From positions 744,001 to 808,000 of the forward strand of contig OZ037846.1 in NCBI GenBank assembly GCA_964035575.1: a stretch of 64,000 nt of DNA, read 5' to 3'. Made by a program: the position numbers and the translations under genes. The first letter of the stretch is position 1, and every line of letters begins with the position of its first letter. Below are positions 10,895 through 23,050 of this stretch, piece after piece. The notes beneath the pieces are model-generated. The model had not been told where the DNA came from and made no database searches. It saw nothing but the letters and a program-made list of their open reading frames with translations. The DNA comes from Rhynchopus sp. YZ270_cl-10. Taxonomy: Eukaryota.

Positions 10895-12104
10895 CAGGGC
10901 GCGCGCTAACTTTTCGGAAATTTCCCGAAAAAATGGATATCGGGTCCAAAAAAATGTACCTACAGGAAGTATGTGAAGGGGGCAGAAAAATCAGGGTCAT
11001 GTTACATTTCCGAGAAAATCCCGGGCTGTGGTGGGGGATATACGGAAAAATGGACAAAATTTTGGTGACTTAAATTTTCACAAAATATGAACCCATACTC
11101 GTAAACAAGGGTCATTTTCAGGTCTTTCGGACAGCCAGTACACAGTACACAGTACACAGTACACAGTACACAGTACACAGTACACAGTACACAGTACACA
11201 GTACACAGTACACAGTACACAGTACACAGTACACAGTACACAGTACACAGTACACAGTACACAGTACACAGTACACAGTACACAGTACACAGTACACAGT
11301 ACACAGTACACAGTACACAGTACACAGTACACAGTACACAGTACACAGTACACAGTACACAGTACACAGTACACAGTACACAGTACACAGTACACAGTAC
11401 ACAGTACACAGTACACAGTACACAGTACACAGTACACAGTACACAGTACACAGTACACAGTACACAGTACACAGTACACAGTACACAGTACACAGTACAC
11501 AGTACACAGTACACAGTACACAGTACACAGTACACAGTACACAGTACACAGTACACAGTACACAGTACACAGTACACAGTACACAGTACACAGTACACAG
11601 TACACAGTACACAGTACACAGTACACAGTACACAGTACACAGTACACAGTACACAGTACACAGTACACAGTACACAGTACACAGTACACAGTACACAGTA
11701 CACAGTACACAGTACACAGTACACAGTACCCATTACCGTGACTTCACCGGCCAACATCGGAAAACACCGGCAAACCCGCAAACCCGAAACATGGTCAAAA
11801 TCAGGTGGAATATACATAAGTACATCATGGGGGGGTAGGGAACAGGTAGCGCCGCAGGCGCACGGTACCCAACTTTTTTCTTTTTTCTTTCCCCTTTTCT
11901 CTGCTTTCTTTTGATTGCGCGAGCCGATTGCTCTCCACGGTGGGGTCACATGTGTGTTCAAAAACTATCTGAAGTGCCCTTACTGTACAATATGGGATTC
12001 TCTGATTTTCTAAAGGAAATCGTGTAATCAAAAAATTTTTGTACCGCGACCGAAAAAACCTCGAAAAAACCGGGTGTGAGGGTGTGGATTTAGCGCGCGC
12101 CCTG
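10895..12104. mobile_element. hAT-like non-autonomous element carrying a (CAGTACA)n array
   Basis: 15-bp TIR CAGGGCGCGCGCTAA; 8-bp TSD GGGGGGAG on both sides. Confidence 0.88.
11136..11729. repeat. (CAGTACA)n heptamer array, ~85 units
   Basis: Perfect 7-bp tandem repeat. Confidence 0.99.
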
Positions 12105-13297
12105 GGGGGGAGGGGAAGAAAAAAAAAATTTTTTTTTGTGGCTGAATGGGGGTTGCGTACTTCTTGCGCACTTCTTGCGTACTGTGTGCGCCCCCATTCC
12201 ACCATACCAAATAAAGAACAGTGGTTGTAAGCTGCATGTGTCTCTTGTGCACATACATCTGTGAAACAAAGATACGTTGAAATGTGCAAAACGCCGCACC
12301 GTTCAATCGGGCAGGACGCAGGCACTAACTCTCCGCAGATAAGCGAACCCCCAGAGAACACTTCATTGGCAACACGGTTACCACGAGGCAGGTTGTAAGC
12401 AGGTACATAAGCATTGCCCTATCCGGAACGGGAGGTATCTTATCACGTAAAGAAGTTTAAAAAAAGGTGGCTTTGAAATACAAAGCTCATGACAATGTAC
12501 CTTTAGTGCAGTACTGAAAAAGGAATCTGCCCTATCAGTAAAAAGCAAGAAATTCATTAAAAAAAAAAAAGAAGAAAAAGTTGGTTGTATGACTTTCAGT
12601 CGTACTTCGTCACCTTGAAAAAAAGGTGAAAACAAAAACAAAAATCTGGTTGGACACCCGCCCGCACCCGTACCCCGTTTTTTCTTTTTTCATTTTTCTT
12701 TTTTTTCGTTTTTTTTTAAATGTGTTAGAAGTAATTTTTGAACGTGTAAACGTTCGCTAATTCAATCAGGCACTCCGCTAGGTACTAAAGTTCTGTTGAT
12801 TGTCAACAGAACTTTTTGAAAATGGGGAAAAAAAGAAAAAAAAAAAAAGTTCTGCTAAGTGGTTCAGACCCGTTCTACCTGTCAAAAAAGCTCAGGAGAA
12901 GAAGATATGGAGAGGTGAGTGCTCAAACGTCCCAAAAAAGTCAAAATCGGGCGTTGGTAAAAAAAAAAGTTGCGCACCGTGCGCCTGCGGCGCAAGCATG
13001 TACCCCACCAACGTGGACCATCAACAGAATATTTTCAAAATCGGAAATCCTAGCGGAGAGCCTGAATTCAATACAAAAAAAGAAAAAAAAGAAAAGAAAA
13101 AAAAAAGGAAAAGAAGAAGAAATTGTCGCCATGGCAATTGTGTGTGAACACTCTGAGATTTTATCCATTTTGAGCAATTTAAAAAACACAAAACCACCCC
13201 CACCCACCCTTTCCCAAAAACACACACCCTCCCCCCCTGAGAGTCCCCTCCCCCCTCCTCCCTTTGGGTAATATTCCTCACAGGAATTATCTATAAC

Positions 13298-13465
13298 TGG
13301 TGCTCCTGAAAACCCCATTTTGCGTACTTGTTACGTACTTGCTGCGTACTTGTTGCACACTTTGTGCACGAAAAAAAAAATACAGGAATACCCTATATTG
13401 CGTACTTGTTGCGTACTTAGTGCGTAGTTGTTGCGTACTTGGTATTTTTTATTTCAGGAGCACCA
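13298..13465. mobile_element. MITE with TGGTG...CACCA ends and 5-bp TSD
   Basis: 14-bp TIR TGGTGCTCCTGAAA; TSD ATAAC on both sides; internal GCGTACTTGTT repeats. Confidence 0.85.
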
Positions 13466-13532
13466 ATAACTGATATTTCAAATTCCCTTTTCCTTTTCCC
13501 CCTCCCACTCACCCCCTCACTTCCTCACCCCT

Positions 13533-14159
13533 TTATTGAAAAAATGAAGTTCGCGCTACGTCAGAGAAAGGGTCTGGATATTCTTGTTTTTCCTCTCTCA
13601 GGCACATGACATCTTCTCTCAAATCGTTGAGGGAGCAGTCGAGCGCCTCCACGCGGGCGAGGATGAGGATGAGGAAGTCTCTGTTGTCGAGGTTCGCGAG
13701 TTTGTCAGCGCTTTGCTTGCGCTGTTGTATGTTGGTGCCGAAGCCGAAACGTGGTGCTGTGCTGTCGCTCAGAACGCTTCGCCTGCGGTGGTTTGTATCC
13801 GCCGTAAATAAATCCCCACCACCTTCCAGGTCATTGTCAACTGCGGCAGCTTCCATCATTTGGAGCACACTCTCTTTGTTGCGTCGTCCCCGCGGACTAG
13901 AGGCTTCAGCCATTTCAAGGTGATCGAGGCGGGAGAGTCGTTCAATTTCCTTCTTTCTGTGATGAGGGGGGGAAAAAAGCAAAATAAGAAAATTCAGGAT
14001 ATGACAGTGAAGCATAAATGAAAGACAAAGAAAAAGTACTTTTTTTTCGTTTATCGCACCATTAAAAAGGGCCTGACCTTGATAGCTTGACTGGGAAAGG
14101 GGAAGATTATTTTTGTTGAACGCCAAAAAAAAAAAAAAAAAAAAAAAAAACAAAAAAAC

Positions 14160-14190
<31 letters not shown>

Positions 14191-17100
14191 ATTTATTCAC
14201 CTCCTTTTAGCGGGGTTTTATTTTGCGATAACTTCACGCATTTTTTTCCCAGGCGAGGGCTACTTAATTTGCCGAGCGAAGCGAGGCAAATTGAGTGCAC
14301 GAGCCTGGGAAAAAAATAAGTGAAGTATCGCAAAATAATCCGCTAAAAGGAGGTGAATACGTAATTTTATTTCACGGGAAATAAAGTATACGAAAGGATT
14401 TGGCACTTTTAGCGGGACTCATTTATTGTGCAATAACTAACGAGAATGTGTCCCTCCAGGTAGCTCTCATTACCCTCCCGCTAGCTTTTGCTCGCTGGGA
14501 ACCTGCAAAAAACTGGTGAATTGGGCCCATACCCTGGTATGTGGGGTGGGATACGCATTTTTGGGGTGGCAGAACCATGTGTGAGCCACAGGGTGGTGCA
14601 CGTGTGACCCCATGCAGTACCACACAACCCACGTTTTTACACACACAACAACGGCATTTTGCGTGTAGCGCGTACAGTATGTAGCCTAAAAAGCCCACAC
14701 CACGTGTACGCATAGCGCGTAGCGCAGCGTGTGGTCGGGTTTGGAAAGCTGCCTCAACGGTACACAAAGCTACATCCCGACCTCTCGCCACCTCAGTGTC
14801 CCCTCGGGTGCTAGCGGGAGGTCGGGAAATGGCTGTCGTGCAAGAGCGAGACACATTCAGAAGATCCCCGCCCATCACAGAATATCATGCCAGCCACCAC
14901 CTTCCTCACAATGAAGTAAAGGGGGTGGTGTGTCCTTCGTCTTGATAGTGAGATCGTCACGGAGATACACTATGTACGAAACGAAGTCGGCTTCCGTGGG
15001 CTTACCGTCAGGCTTGCCAATGAATTCCTTAAAAAGCGGTCCCATTCACGGACGTACGGTGTCGACAATGCTAGTCCTTCAGCAAAACCACTGTAGTGCT
15101 TGTCCATCTCCTGTCGGAGGACCGTTTGCGTCTTACATCCTTCGGCATGTTGCATGTGTCAGAAAAAAAATGGGAAAAGGGCAAAAAAAATTCGAAATTT
15201 TCAATTTTTAGGTGGGTGGTGGTGCAGGATGTACCAAAATTTAGCGTGAAGTTATCGCCAAATAAAACCCCTGTTTTAGCGTGAAAAAAACAAAAATAAA
15301 ATCCCGCTCTGAAGGAATTGCAGTGAAATAAAGTGAAAAACGCGTGAAATAAAGTTCAATGAGCGGGTTTTTAATTTGCGATAAAAAAACTGCGTGAAAT
15401 TATCATTAAAAAGAATCCCGCTAAAAGTGCCAAATCCTTCGTATACTTTATTTCCCAGTGGAATAAAATAACTATTTAAAGGGGGGACCCGTCGATTATT
15501 TACCTTTTGAAAAGGTAAATAATACACGAAAGGTAAATAATACATGGAAGGTAAATAATACAATATTTGGACTTTATTAATGCAAAAGGTAAATAATATA
15601 CGGTTTGACCTATTGCGGGTAAACGGTCCTGTTTTCGATGCACACCCACTAGACCCCCGACTCACTGCACAACAGATTTTCACGCCCCGCCCTTCCCCCT
15701 CCCCGGAACCCCTCTCGCCGTCATGTTGAACGCCTCGACCCTTGCAGAGCTGAACCACCAGTGGGATGAGGTGCGCCGTGGCCGCTGCGAGGTGGTCGTC
15801 GGCCTCGACGAGGCAAGCGTGGCGAGCCTGGACCTGGACGTTGAGAGCTTCAGCGACACGTCCAGTGCCTCAGAACTTCACCCAAAAAAAGCGGGGCGGA
15901 AAATTAATTAATTAAATGCCAATTCAAAAGGTAAATAATACACGAAAGGTAAATAATACAATGTTTGGCATTAAAAAGGTAAATAATACACGAAGGTAAA
16001 TATTACAATAGGTAAATAATCGACGGGTCCCCCCTTTATTCACCTCCTTTTAGCGGGGTTTTATTTTGCGATAACTTCACGCATTTTTTTCCCAGGCGAG
16101 GGCTACTTAATTTGCCGAGCGAAGCGAGGCAAATTGAGTGCACGAGCCTGGGAAAAAAATAAGTGAAGTATCGCAAAATAATCCGCTAAAAGGAGGTGAA
16201 TACGTAATTTTATTTCACGGGAAATAAAGTATACGAAAGGATTTGGCACTTTTAGCGTGACTTATTTATTGTGCAATAACTAACGAGTATGTGTCCTCAC
16301 AGGAAGCTCTCAGGGGAAAAAAAAAAAAAGAGCGTGAAAAAAAAAAAAAAAAAAAAAGCTCTCATTACCCTCCCGCCAGCGCTACCGGGTCCCGCGGACC
16401 CCTAGATAGGCCCGCTGAGGGGCTGGCGGGATTGAGGGGGCTAAAAAAGGCTGGACGGTCCCTCCAGCCCTACTATCTACATGTACCAAAATTTGGCGTG
16501 AAATTATCATTAAATAAAATCCCGCTAAAAGTGCCAAATCCTTCGTATACTTTATTTCCCAGGGGAATAAAAAAAAAAAGTCAGAGATCTGAATTGGCGC
16601 AAAGTGATTTAACGGGAGAACACATACCGGAGTTGAGCTTCTCGTGCATCGGAGAAGTTTGCGCCAAGGATAATGATGGGGAACGCAGCTATGAGAATGC
16701 CTGTGAACATTGCTGCTGCCCCCACGAGGTAGCCCTGTGTGGTGTGTGGTTGATGTCTAGTGAGGGTCGTTCTTGCGCAGAATATGGCCCTTAATGTTGT
16801 GTGCGGTGATTTAAAATCGGTGTTTGGGCAATTTCTAGGCCCGGGAATATGGCCCAAAGTGTGATGTGTTAGAAAAGCTGTGGGGTCATTCCTGAGATCG
16901 GAATATTGCCCAGCCATCTTCAGCCCAGAAGACTGAAGATGCTTTAAAAAAATATCATAATTACCCTAGCCATACCGGAAGCGTGACGGGAATCATATCA
17001 CCATAACCCACTGTGGTGATTGTGACGAGGCACCACCAGAAGGAGTGTGGGATGGATTTAAAGTCGTGTTGGCGGTTGGCCCCACCGTATTGGGAGTCGC

Positions 17101-18055
17101 GCACCCAGGTTTGGTTGATTGGGTCAAAGGTGGCTGCGCTTTGCTCGGCAAAGAAGACGGCGGAGCCGAAGATTACCACGGTGATTGTTGTGAGGAAGAG
17201 AAGCAACGACAGCGCATCGGACGACCGCCGCAGGGCAATCCCTACCACCTGAATGCCTTCGGAATACTTCGACAGTTTGAACACCCGAAACATCCGTGCA
17301 AGCCGCACCACTCGCAGAACAATAAAACCACGCCCCGTACCACTCCCAACCCACGCCTGAACCATAATATCAATATAAAACGGCAGCACTGCGACCATAT
17401 CAACCCAGTTCAGCACATCCTTCAGAAACCTCTTTTTGTTCGAAGAAGTGACAAACCTTGTTGCCATCTCTAAGGTGAACCATGCGATGCAGACTGCCTC
17501 GATTATGAGGAATGCGGGCAAATCGCGTGAATAGTACTGCGGCAACGACTCAACTGTGAACACCATGACACTGGTGATAATCAACACCAGCGTTAAGACA
17601 AACGTCCCTGTCGCAAGCACCCAATACTTCTCTGCAAACAGCGTCTCCCCAAAGCCTTCCGCCTCAAAGAGCGCATGGATCTTTTGCTTTAAGCTCAGAA
17701 GCGCGATCTGCTCCTCCATGATGTGTGATGGTGTTGAGTCGAGGTCCTGCTGTTCAGAGGCGGCGGCAGAACCCATCGGTGAACGTTGGGGTGTTGAGTT
17801 GAGGGTGGTTTGCAGTCGCCTCGTGAGCGGGTTGCTTGGTGCGCGCCGTGGGAAGATCGTGTTAGGTGGCCTGCTATTGTTTGATCGGGTGCTCGCCTTC
17901 AGCGCGCCTGCGGACTGCCCTTTCGCAATGACCCGTGGAGAGCGTTCAGAAGTCACGTCACTCTGTTGGCGTTCCATCTCGCTAGCGCGAGGGTTCCGTG
18001 AGGCACGTACAGTGTGTGTCGCAACGGATTCGGCACGTCCGCTGTCGGACATCAT
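13533..18055 (-). CDS. Voltage-gated K+ channel (6TM Kv-like), 3 exons
   Basis: Exons 18055-16976, 16734-16628 and 13956-13533 are joined by phase-consistent GT-AG introns. S4 is LRVVRLARMFRVFKLSK, the pore is FWWCLVTITTVGYGD, and S6 is GILIAAFPIIILGANF. The 5' end may extend further. Confidence 0.92.
14188..15470 (+). mobile_element. Crypton-like element (end palindrome + subterminal inverted repeat) with recombinase relic
   Basis: Palindrome 14195-14360 is centred on GCCGAGCGAAGCGAGGC. Block B (~14366-14418) is inverted at ~15414-15468. There is no TSD, and the element sits in an A-run inside Kv intron 2. Confidence 0.7.
14870..15110 (-). pseudogene. Frameshifted tyrosine-recombinase-like N-terminal fragment
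   Basis: Reads ...LSTPYVREWDRF(frameshift)KEFIGKPDGKPTEADFVSYIVYLRDDLTIK..., similar to the Y..W..F / te..f..Y...L pattern of the core-binding domain of tyrosine recombinases. Confidence 0.5.
15471..16570 (+). mobile_element. Short Crypton-like copy, head-to-tail with the preceding copy
   Basis: Same palindrome and B/B' ends as 14188-15470; 16037-16570 is nearly identical to about 27907-28450. Confidence 0.75.
15479..16036. mobile_element. MITE with TA TSD inserted in the head of the second Crypton-like copy
   Basis: 27-bp TIR AAGGGGGGACCCGTCGATTATTTACCT. Removing it plus one TA restores ACTATTTATTCACC, as seen at 14188 and 27902. Confidence 0.85.
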
Positions 18056-19475
18056 CGAGTCAGTGTCGCTGTCGCCATTTCGGCTGTGAAGGGTGGTTTG
18101 TTTGAAAAGGGTTGGTATGGACAGAGGTAATGACTGTCACTAAAAGATTTGGTATTTTGTGCGCTCAAAAAGCTGGTCATTATGAAAAAAAAAAAACACC
18201 ATGCGGTTGATTTCTTTTCTGTTTTGCTATTTCCCAACGCGCTCCAAATATTAAAGTAAAAGAAAAATTTTGATGTGAGACAACAAACACCGGTGGGGTA
18301 AAAAAGAAGGGGGGACAAAAAGTGGAAAAAGTTTTTTTTTTTTTTTTGTACTTTGTCACTCGAATTACCATATTTTCACGAAACGAAAGTGAAAGGGGAG
18401 GGGAAACACATACGTGGCGAAAGCAGCACTCACAGTCATGATAGACGCGGCCATCTTGCGGGGGGTACTAAACTAGGACGTCCAATGGCTTTACGGCACG
18501 CAATGCGGAATGCTTATTGCTACGAAAGAGAGAGAGAGGGAGAGGGGGAGGGGGAGGGGGAATGGAAATCGTCGGGAAGATGCGAACTGCCCAACGATTT
18601 CAGGGGAGTCAGCCCGGCTAGAGGTGCATTAGAAAACACCCGAAAACAAAGAAAGAAGAAAAAAAAAAAAAAGGGAAAAAGAGAAAAAAAAGCTTATCAA
18701 GATGAACCCTAAGCCTCTCTGTGCTGTCACCCTAAAGAAAAAGGTACAAAAAAAAAAAAAACTTAGGTGTTAATGTGGAAAAAAGAGGGGGATAAAAAGG
18801 AGATGGGTGGAGGAGGAGGGGGCAATGTGTCTGCACAGATTCACCGCCCGCGGAACGGGGGGTGCGGGGAAGCGCCTGTTTGGGTGGGAAGTGAAGTGTG
18901 TGTGATGATGTGTGGTTCAGCCCCCGCTGATATCGTATAAAATTTTTTTCGTTGCGGCGCAACAGAACTGGGGTATGAAAGTTTGTTTGTTTTGTATTTC
19001 AACGGAACTGGGGTAGGGAAGACGGGGAAAAAAAAAGTTTATAAGATGACCCTAAGCCTCACATACTTAGTCACCTTTATCACATTCGTTATCGCGCAGA
19101 AGGGGGAAAAAAAATGGAAATCCCGAAGTGAGTAATATGGTTCAAGAGTGTAGATATGTGGTACAGTGTTGAGATAAAATACAAATTTTGTTTGATTTGA
19201 GTTTTTTTCTGACGGAGGGGGGATTTTTTTTTTTTTCCATCTTTCAGTTCACTGCAACGGAAGTTTGCTGTAGAACACTAATAGGTTGGGGGTGAAGGGA
19301 AGAGCATTTAATTGCATATAGTGAACAATCTTTACACATAAAAGGATAGTTAAAGAGAGAGAGGGGGCGAATGGCTGAACACGAAATACAGCCATCATGA
19401 GGGGGGAAGGGGATGAATGGAAGGGAGTACAGTACTGAAGGTAGGTAAATGGTAATATTTTTTTGCAGACCCGAT

Positions 19476-19681
19476 CATACTTCATGGTCCGCCGGAGTCC
19501 GCCGGAGTTGTGACAGACTATGCCGGACTTCGAAAGTCCGTCTCGAGTCCACCCGAGTCCGTCTCAACTCAAAAGGTTCGCCCGAGTTGAGACGGACCCG
19601 AGACGGACCTGAGACGGACTTAACTCGGGTGGGGTCTTGGTGGTATTTTTTTTTGCGGACTCAGGCGGACCACGAAGTATG
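19476..19681. mobile_element. MITE with CATAC...GTATG ends
   Basis: About 25-bp TIR CATACTTC(A/G)TGGTCCGCC(G/T)GAGTCC; TSD is degenerate. Confidence 0.7.
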
Positions 19682-19684
19682 ACT

Positions 19685-20829
19685 CAGGGCTTCCCACAGG
19701 GGGGACCAGGGGGGACCACTGGTCCCCCTGGGGGAAAATAAAAATAATAAGGGGGGACCAGGGGGGACCAGGGGGGACCAGGGGGGACCAGCCTGCCCTT
19801 GAGTGTTCCGAGGCTGCCTATTAGGAATTTTCCACATTTTTTTTAATTTTTCCCACCCTCCCGTCCCCGCGCATCCAAATACAGGCAACTACACGACGGT
19901 GATGTACAGTACATTACAAGTGAAGTTACATGTAACGTTACAAGTGAAAAACCGTTACAAGTGAGTTACAAGTGAGTTACAAGTGGGATACATGAATTAC
20001 AGGCAAAATCAGGTTGTAACTGGTGGGTTACAAGTGAGTTACAAGTGAGTTACATGTAACAAAAGTTACATGTAACTCACTTGTAACTCCACTTGTAACA
20101 CCCGTTACATCACCGTCGTGTAACAGGGGGAAAAGATGGCACCAAAAAAGTCCTCCGGACCAAGACAGATTTCCATAATGGAATTTGCAAAGCGACCGGC
20201 GGAGTCCCAGTTATCGGCTCAGGCTCCGAAGAGGCAGAAAATAACGGTTGCAAAGAACCACGAGTATGCCTCATGGGCAAAGTGACCCCGTCACAGCCAG
20301 AACGCGACTCAATTGGTCAAACGCCGAAGGAAAAGGAAGCATGCAGCATGGCAAAAGAAAAAAGTAGCGTACCGTGCGCCTGCGGCGCAAGATTGCAAGC
20401 CACCCATGACATAGTGTGGCTGTAAAATGTGCAATTTTAATCACAGTATTTTGAAATGTTGCGTACCGTGGCTTCGCCAGGAACCTTTGCCATGACTGTC
20501 GTTTCTTTTTGTAGATGTCTATACGAGGAAACGTCTGCACGCTACCGACCTGACATATTTTTTCTTATTCCGCAAAGGTGGGGAACGTGAGATGATATGC
20601 AATATGCGAGTTAATGCAGCAGTTTTAACGGTTTGCCGGGACATTTTCGCCGAAGTCGAAAATTTTTTTTGACCACTTAAAGTGCGTAAAGGCGCGTAAC
20701 GTAACGTAGCGTCAGCGTTAATGCTACACACCACACAAATTAAAATCATTGAAAAAAAAAAAAAAATTCCACCTTTTTTTGGCTGGTCCCCCTGGGAGGC
20801 CAAAACCCCAGATCCTGCGGGAAGCCCTG
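19685..20829. mobile_element. CAGGG-ended non-autonomous element with 6-bp TSD
   Basis: TIR CAGGGCTTCCC(A/G)CAGG; ATGACT on both sides; shares internal motifs with 37433-38231. Confidence 0.8.
19892..20120. mobile_element. Nested MITE with TA TSD (Tc1/mariner-like)
   Basis: 15-bp TIR CACGACGGTGATGTA flanked by TA; internal GTTACAAGTGA repeats. Confidence 0.85.
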
Positions 20830-20945
20830 ATGACTGATACAAAAAAAAAGGGGGTTTTTTTTTTTTGCTTATTTGCAGATTTTGGGCTTTTTTTAATTGT
20901 GTTGAATTTGTGTTTGTTTTGTTTGTTTGTTTTGACAAAAAATTA

Positions 20946-21912
20946 GTTATATACTCCAGGGAGAAATTGAAGCTTTTTTTCCCCGAGGGGGGTGCAACTC
21001 CCAAGGATGTGTATTTCCCGAGCCGAAGGCGAGGGAAATACAAATCCGAGGGAGTTGGCACCCCCCAAGGGGAAAAATCTTCAATTTCTCCCAGGAGTTT
21101 GTAATTTTATTGCCTCCAAATAGTGCCGAAAGCCAAAATTTTAGGGGGTTTTGACCCACCGCGTGTGCACATCTGTTGGTGGGTGCTTGGGGTGCCGTAC
21201 AATAAGAAATGAAGCCGAAAACTAGGGGAGGAGGGTCTTTTTGTATGTCTGAATACTTTTGTTAGTGTTTTTTGTTGAGACGGCTGAAGTAACTCCAGAT
21301 GGTGTTCGACTTCAATTTCCGTTCTTTGTGCAAGTGATCGAAGTAGCGGTGTAATCTTCTCACGTGGCTTGCGGGACTTGATCTTCGACCATTTCAGAAA
21401 TCCTTGCAAAGCAATGTCATGGGTTTCTTTTGTGGGGGCCTTCTTCTGAGCATCCTCATAGATATCTGTGGCCTGCTTCTTGGTAGTCCTTGGCATGATC
21501 TTGTGTTTTTGACGTTAAAATCCCTCTGGGAAGTGGTTTTTGGGTGGAAAAAAACCTCAAAAACGCGTTTTAGACCCCTAGAAAGGCTCAAAACTGCTCA
21601 ATTCTTGCTGGAATTGCAAAATTGGGCACTTTTAGGGGTATGACCAAAAAATTTTTCGAGAGTCTAGTTAGTACGGAGGCGCACCTTAGAAGGCAAAAAA
21701 TCAAAAAAACAGCAGGGAAAAATAGACTTTTTATTCCCTGCCCCTTTTTAGCTGGGGTTCCCGGCTATTTACTATTTATTCCCTGCTCAAATTTACTTTT
21801 TTTCCCTCACCCCAGCCATTTACGGCTAAAAAATGCAGGGAAAAAAACCTACTTTATTTCCTGCCCCCCTAAGGCATTTTGGCTTGAGGCACAATATTTG
21901 GAGGCAATAAAA
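20946..21912 (+). mobile_element. Crypton-like element, second subfamily
   Basis: Palindrome 20953-21099 is centred on GCCGAAGGC. Block B TTTTATTGCCTCCAAATA (~21105) is inverted at ~21895-21912. Flanks are A-runs. An internal ORF relic at 21107-21496 contains APTKETHDIALQGFLKW. Confidence 0.65.
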
Positions 21913-23050
21913 AAAAATAAAACCAAAATGTAATACATTAGTGTAGATACCGATGAGAATCCGTCCCAAAGCTCAAATAATCGAGATGGTTGTTGTTTTT
22001 TTTTGTGGGGTTGCCAGTGTTTCCGAAAGGGCCCATATTGACAGGTCCTTGACATGTCCTTGACACAAGGTTTACAGGGGAAAATGACACACCCCCCCTA
22101 CAGTCCCGGCTATATTTTATAGGCTCTTAAATCGGTATTTTGTATTTATACGGGTTCCTATTTCGTGAATATTTAATTTATTTTTTTAGCGCTGCAAAAT
22201 TTTGCCAAATAATTATTTAATTTCTGTGGCGGGCCTGCTCGGGCTCGTCTGCCTGCGGCGCGACCGTAGGGAGCGCCGCAGGCAGACGGTACGGTACAGC
22301 TGGTGTACGCAGGTGTTGTTTCGCCCACGATTCCGAAACTGCGCGACACCCAGTACGTTGCTGAGGGTGGTGCGGATTTTCGGCGTGATGCCACGCGCAA
22401 GCGAAGCGAAGCGGGAGGCTGTGATCGGCCAGCCGAGCGAGCGGGTTCGCTGCGTGCCAGGCGCACGATGTAGGCTGCTGAAAGGGTGGTGCAGGTCTTC
22501 TGTCCTGTCGCTTCGGCAGCGACATTCTCCAGCAGCACCACGTCTTCAGCCTGCGCCTCGGCCACCTTAATAGCCTCTGCGGCCGTCCTCCCGCTATTTC
22601 AAGGGCGATGTCAATCGGATGTGTGGCTGTTCCGCTTATATTATAGTTTTGTGAAGGAGTGTGTGTGGGGTTAACGGTAGTAAACTGGGTTTCGTGGGTC
22701 ACTAAAAAACGAGGTTTTTATTTCATGAATAATTAATTAATTTTTGGCGGCTTCACGAAATAGAAACCCGGATTATTATAGTCGGGACTGTATATTGACA
22801 TGTCCTTGACATGTCGTTGACATGTCCCCGACAGCAGATCGGTAACACCAGGGGTGTGTTTGAAAAAAATCGGGTAGGGGGGAAGTTCCTGAGCGTAATA
22901 TTGTTCATAAAAGGAGTGTGGGGGTATGGTCGGTGCATCTCTGTATCGCTTTGCAAAGGGCACAACACAGGAACCTGACCGGGTCTGCGCTTGCGGGGAA
23001 CGCGTTCCTGCGTGTGAACGACCTGTCTGCGGAGGTGAAGGTTGACACAA

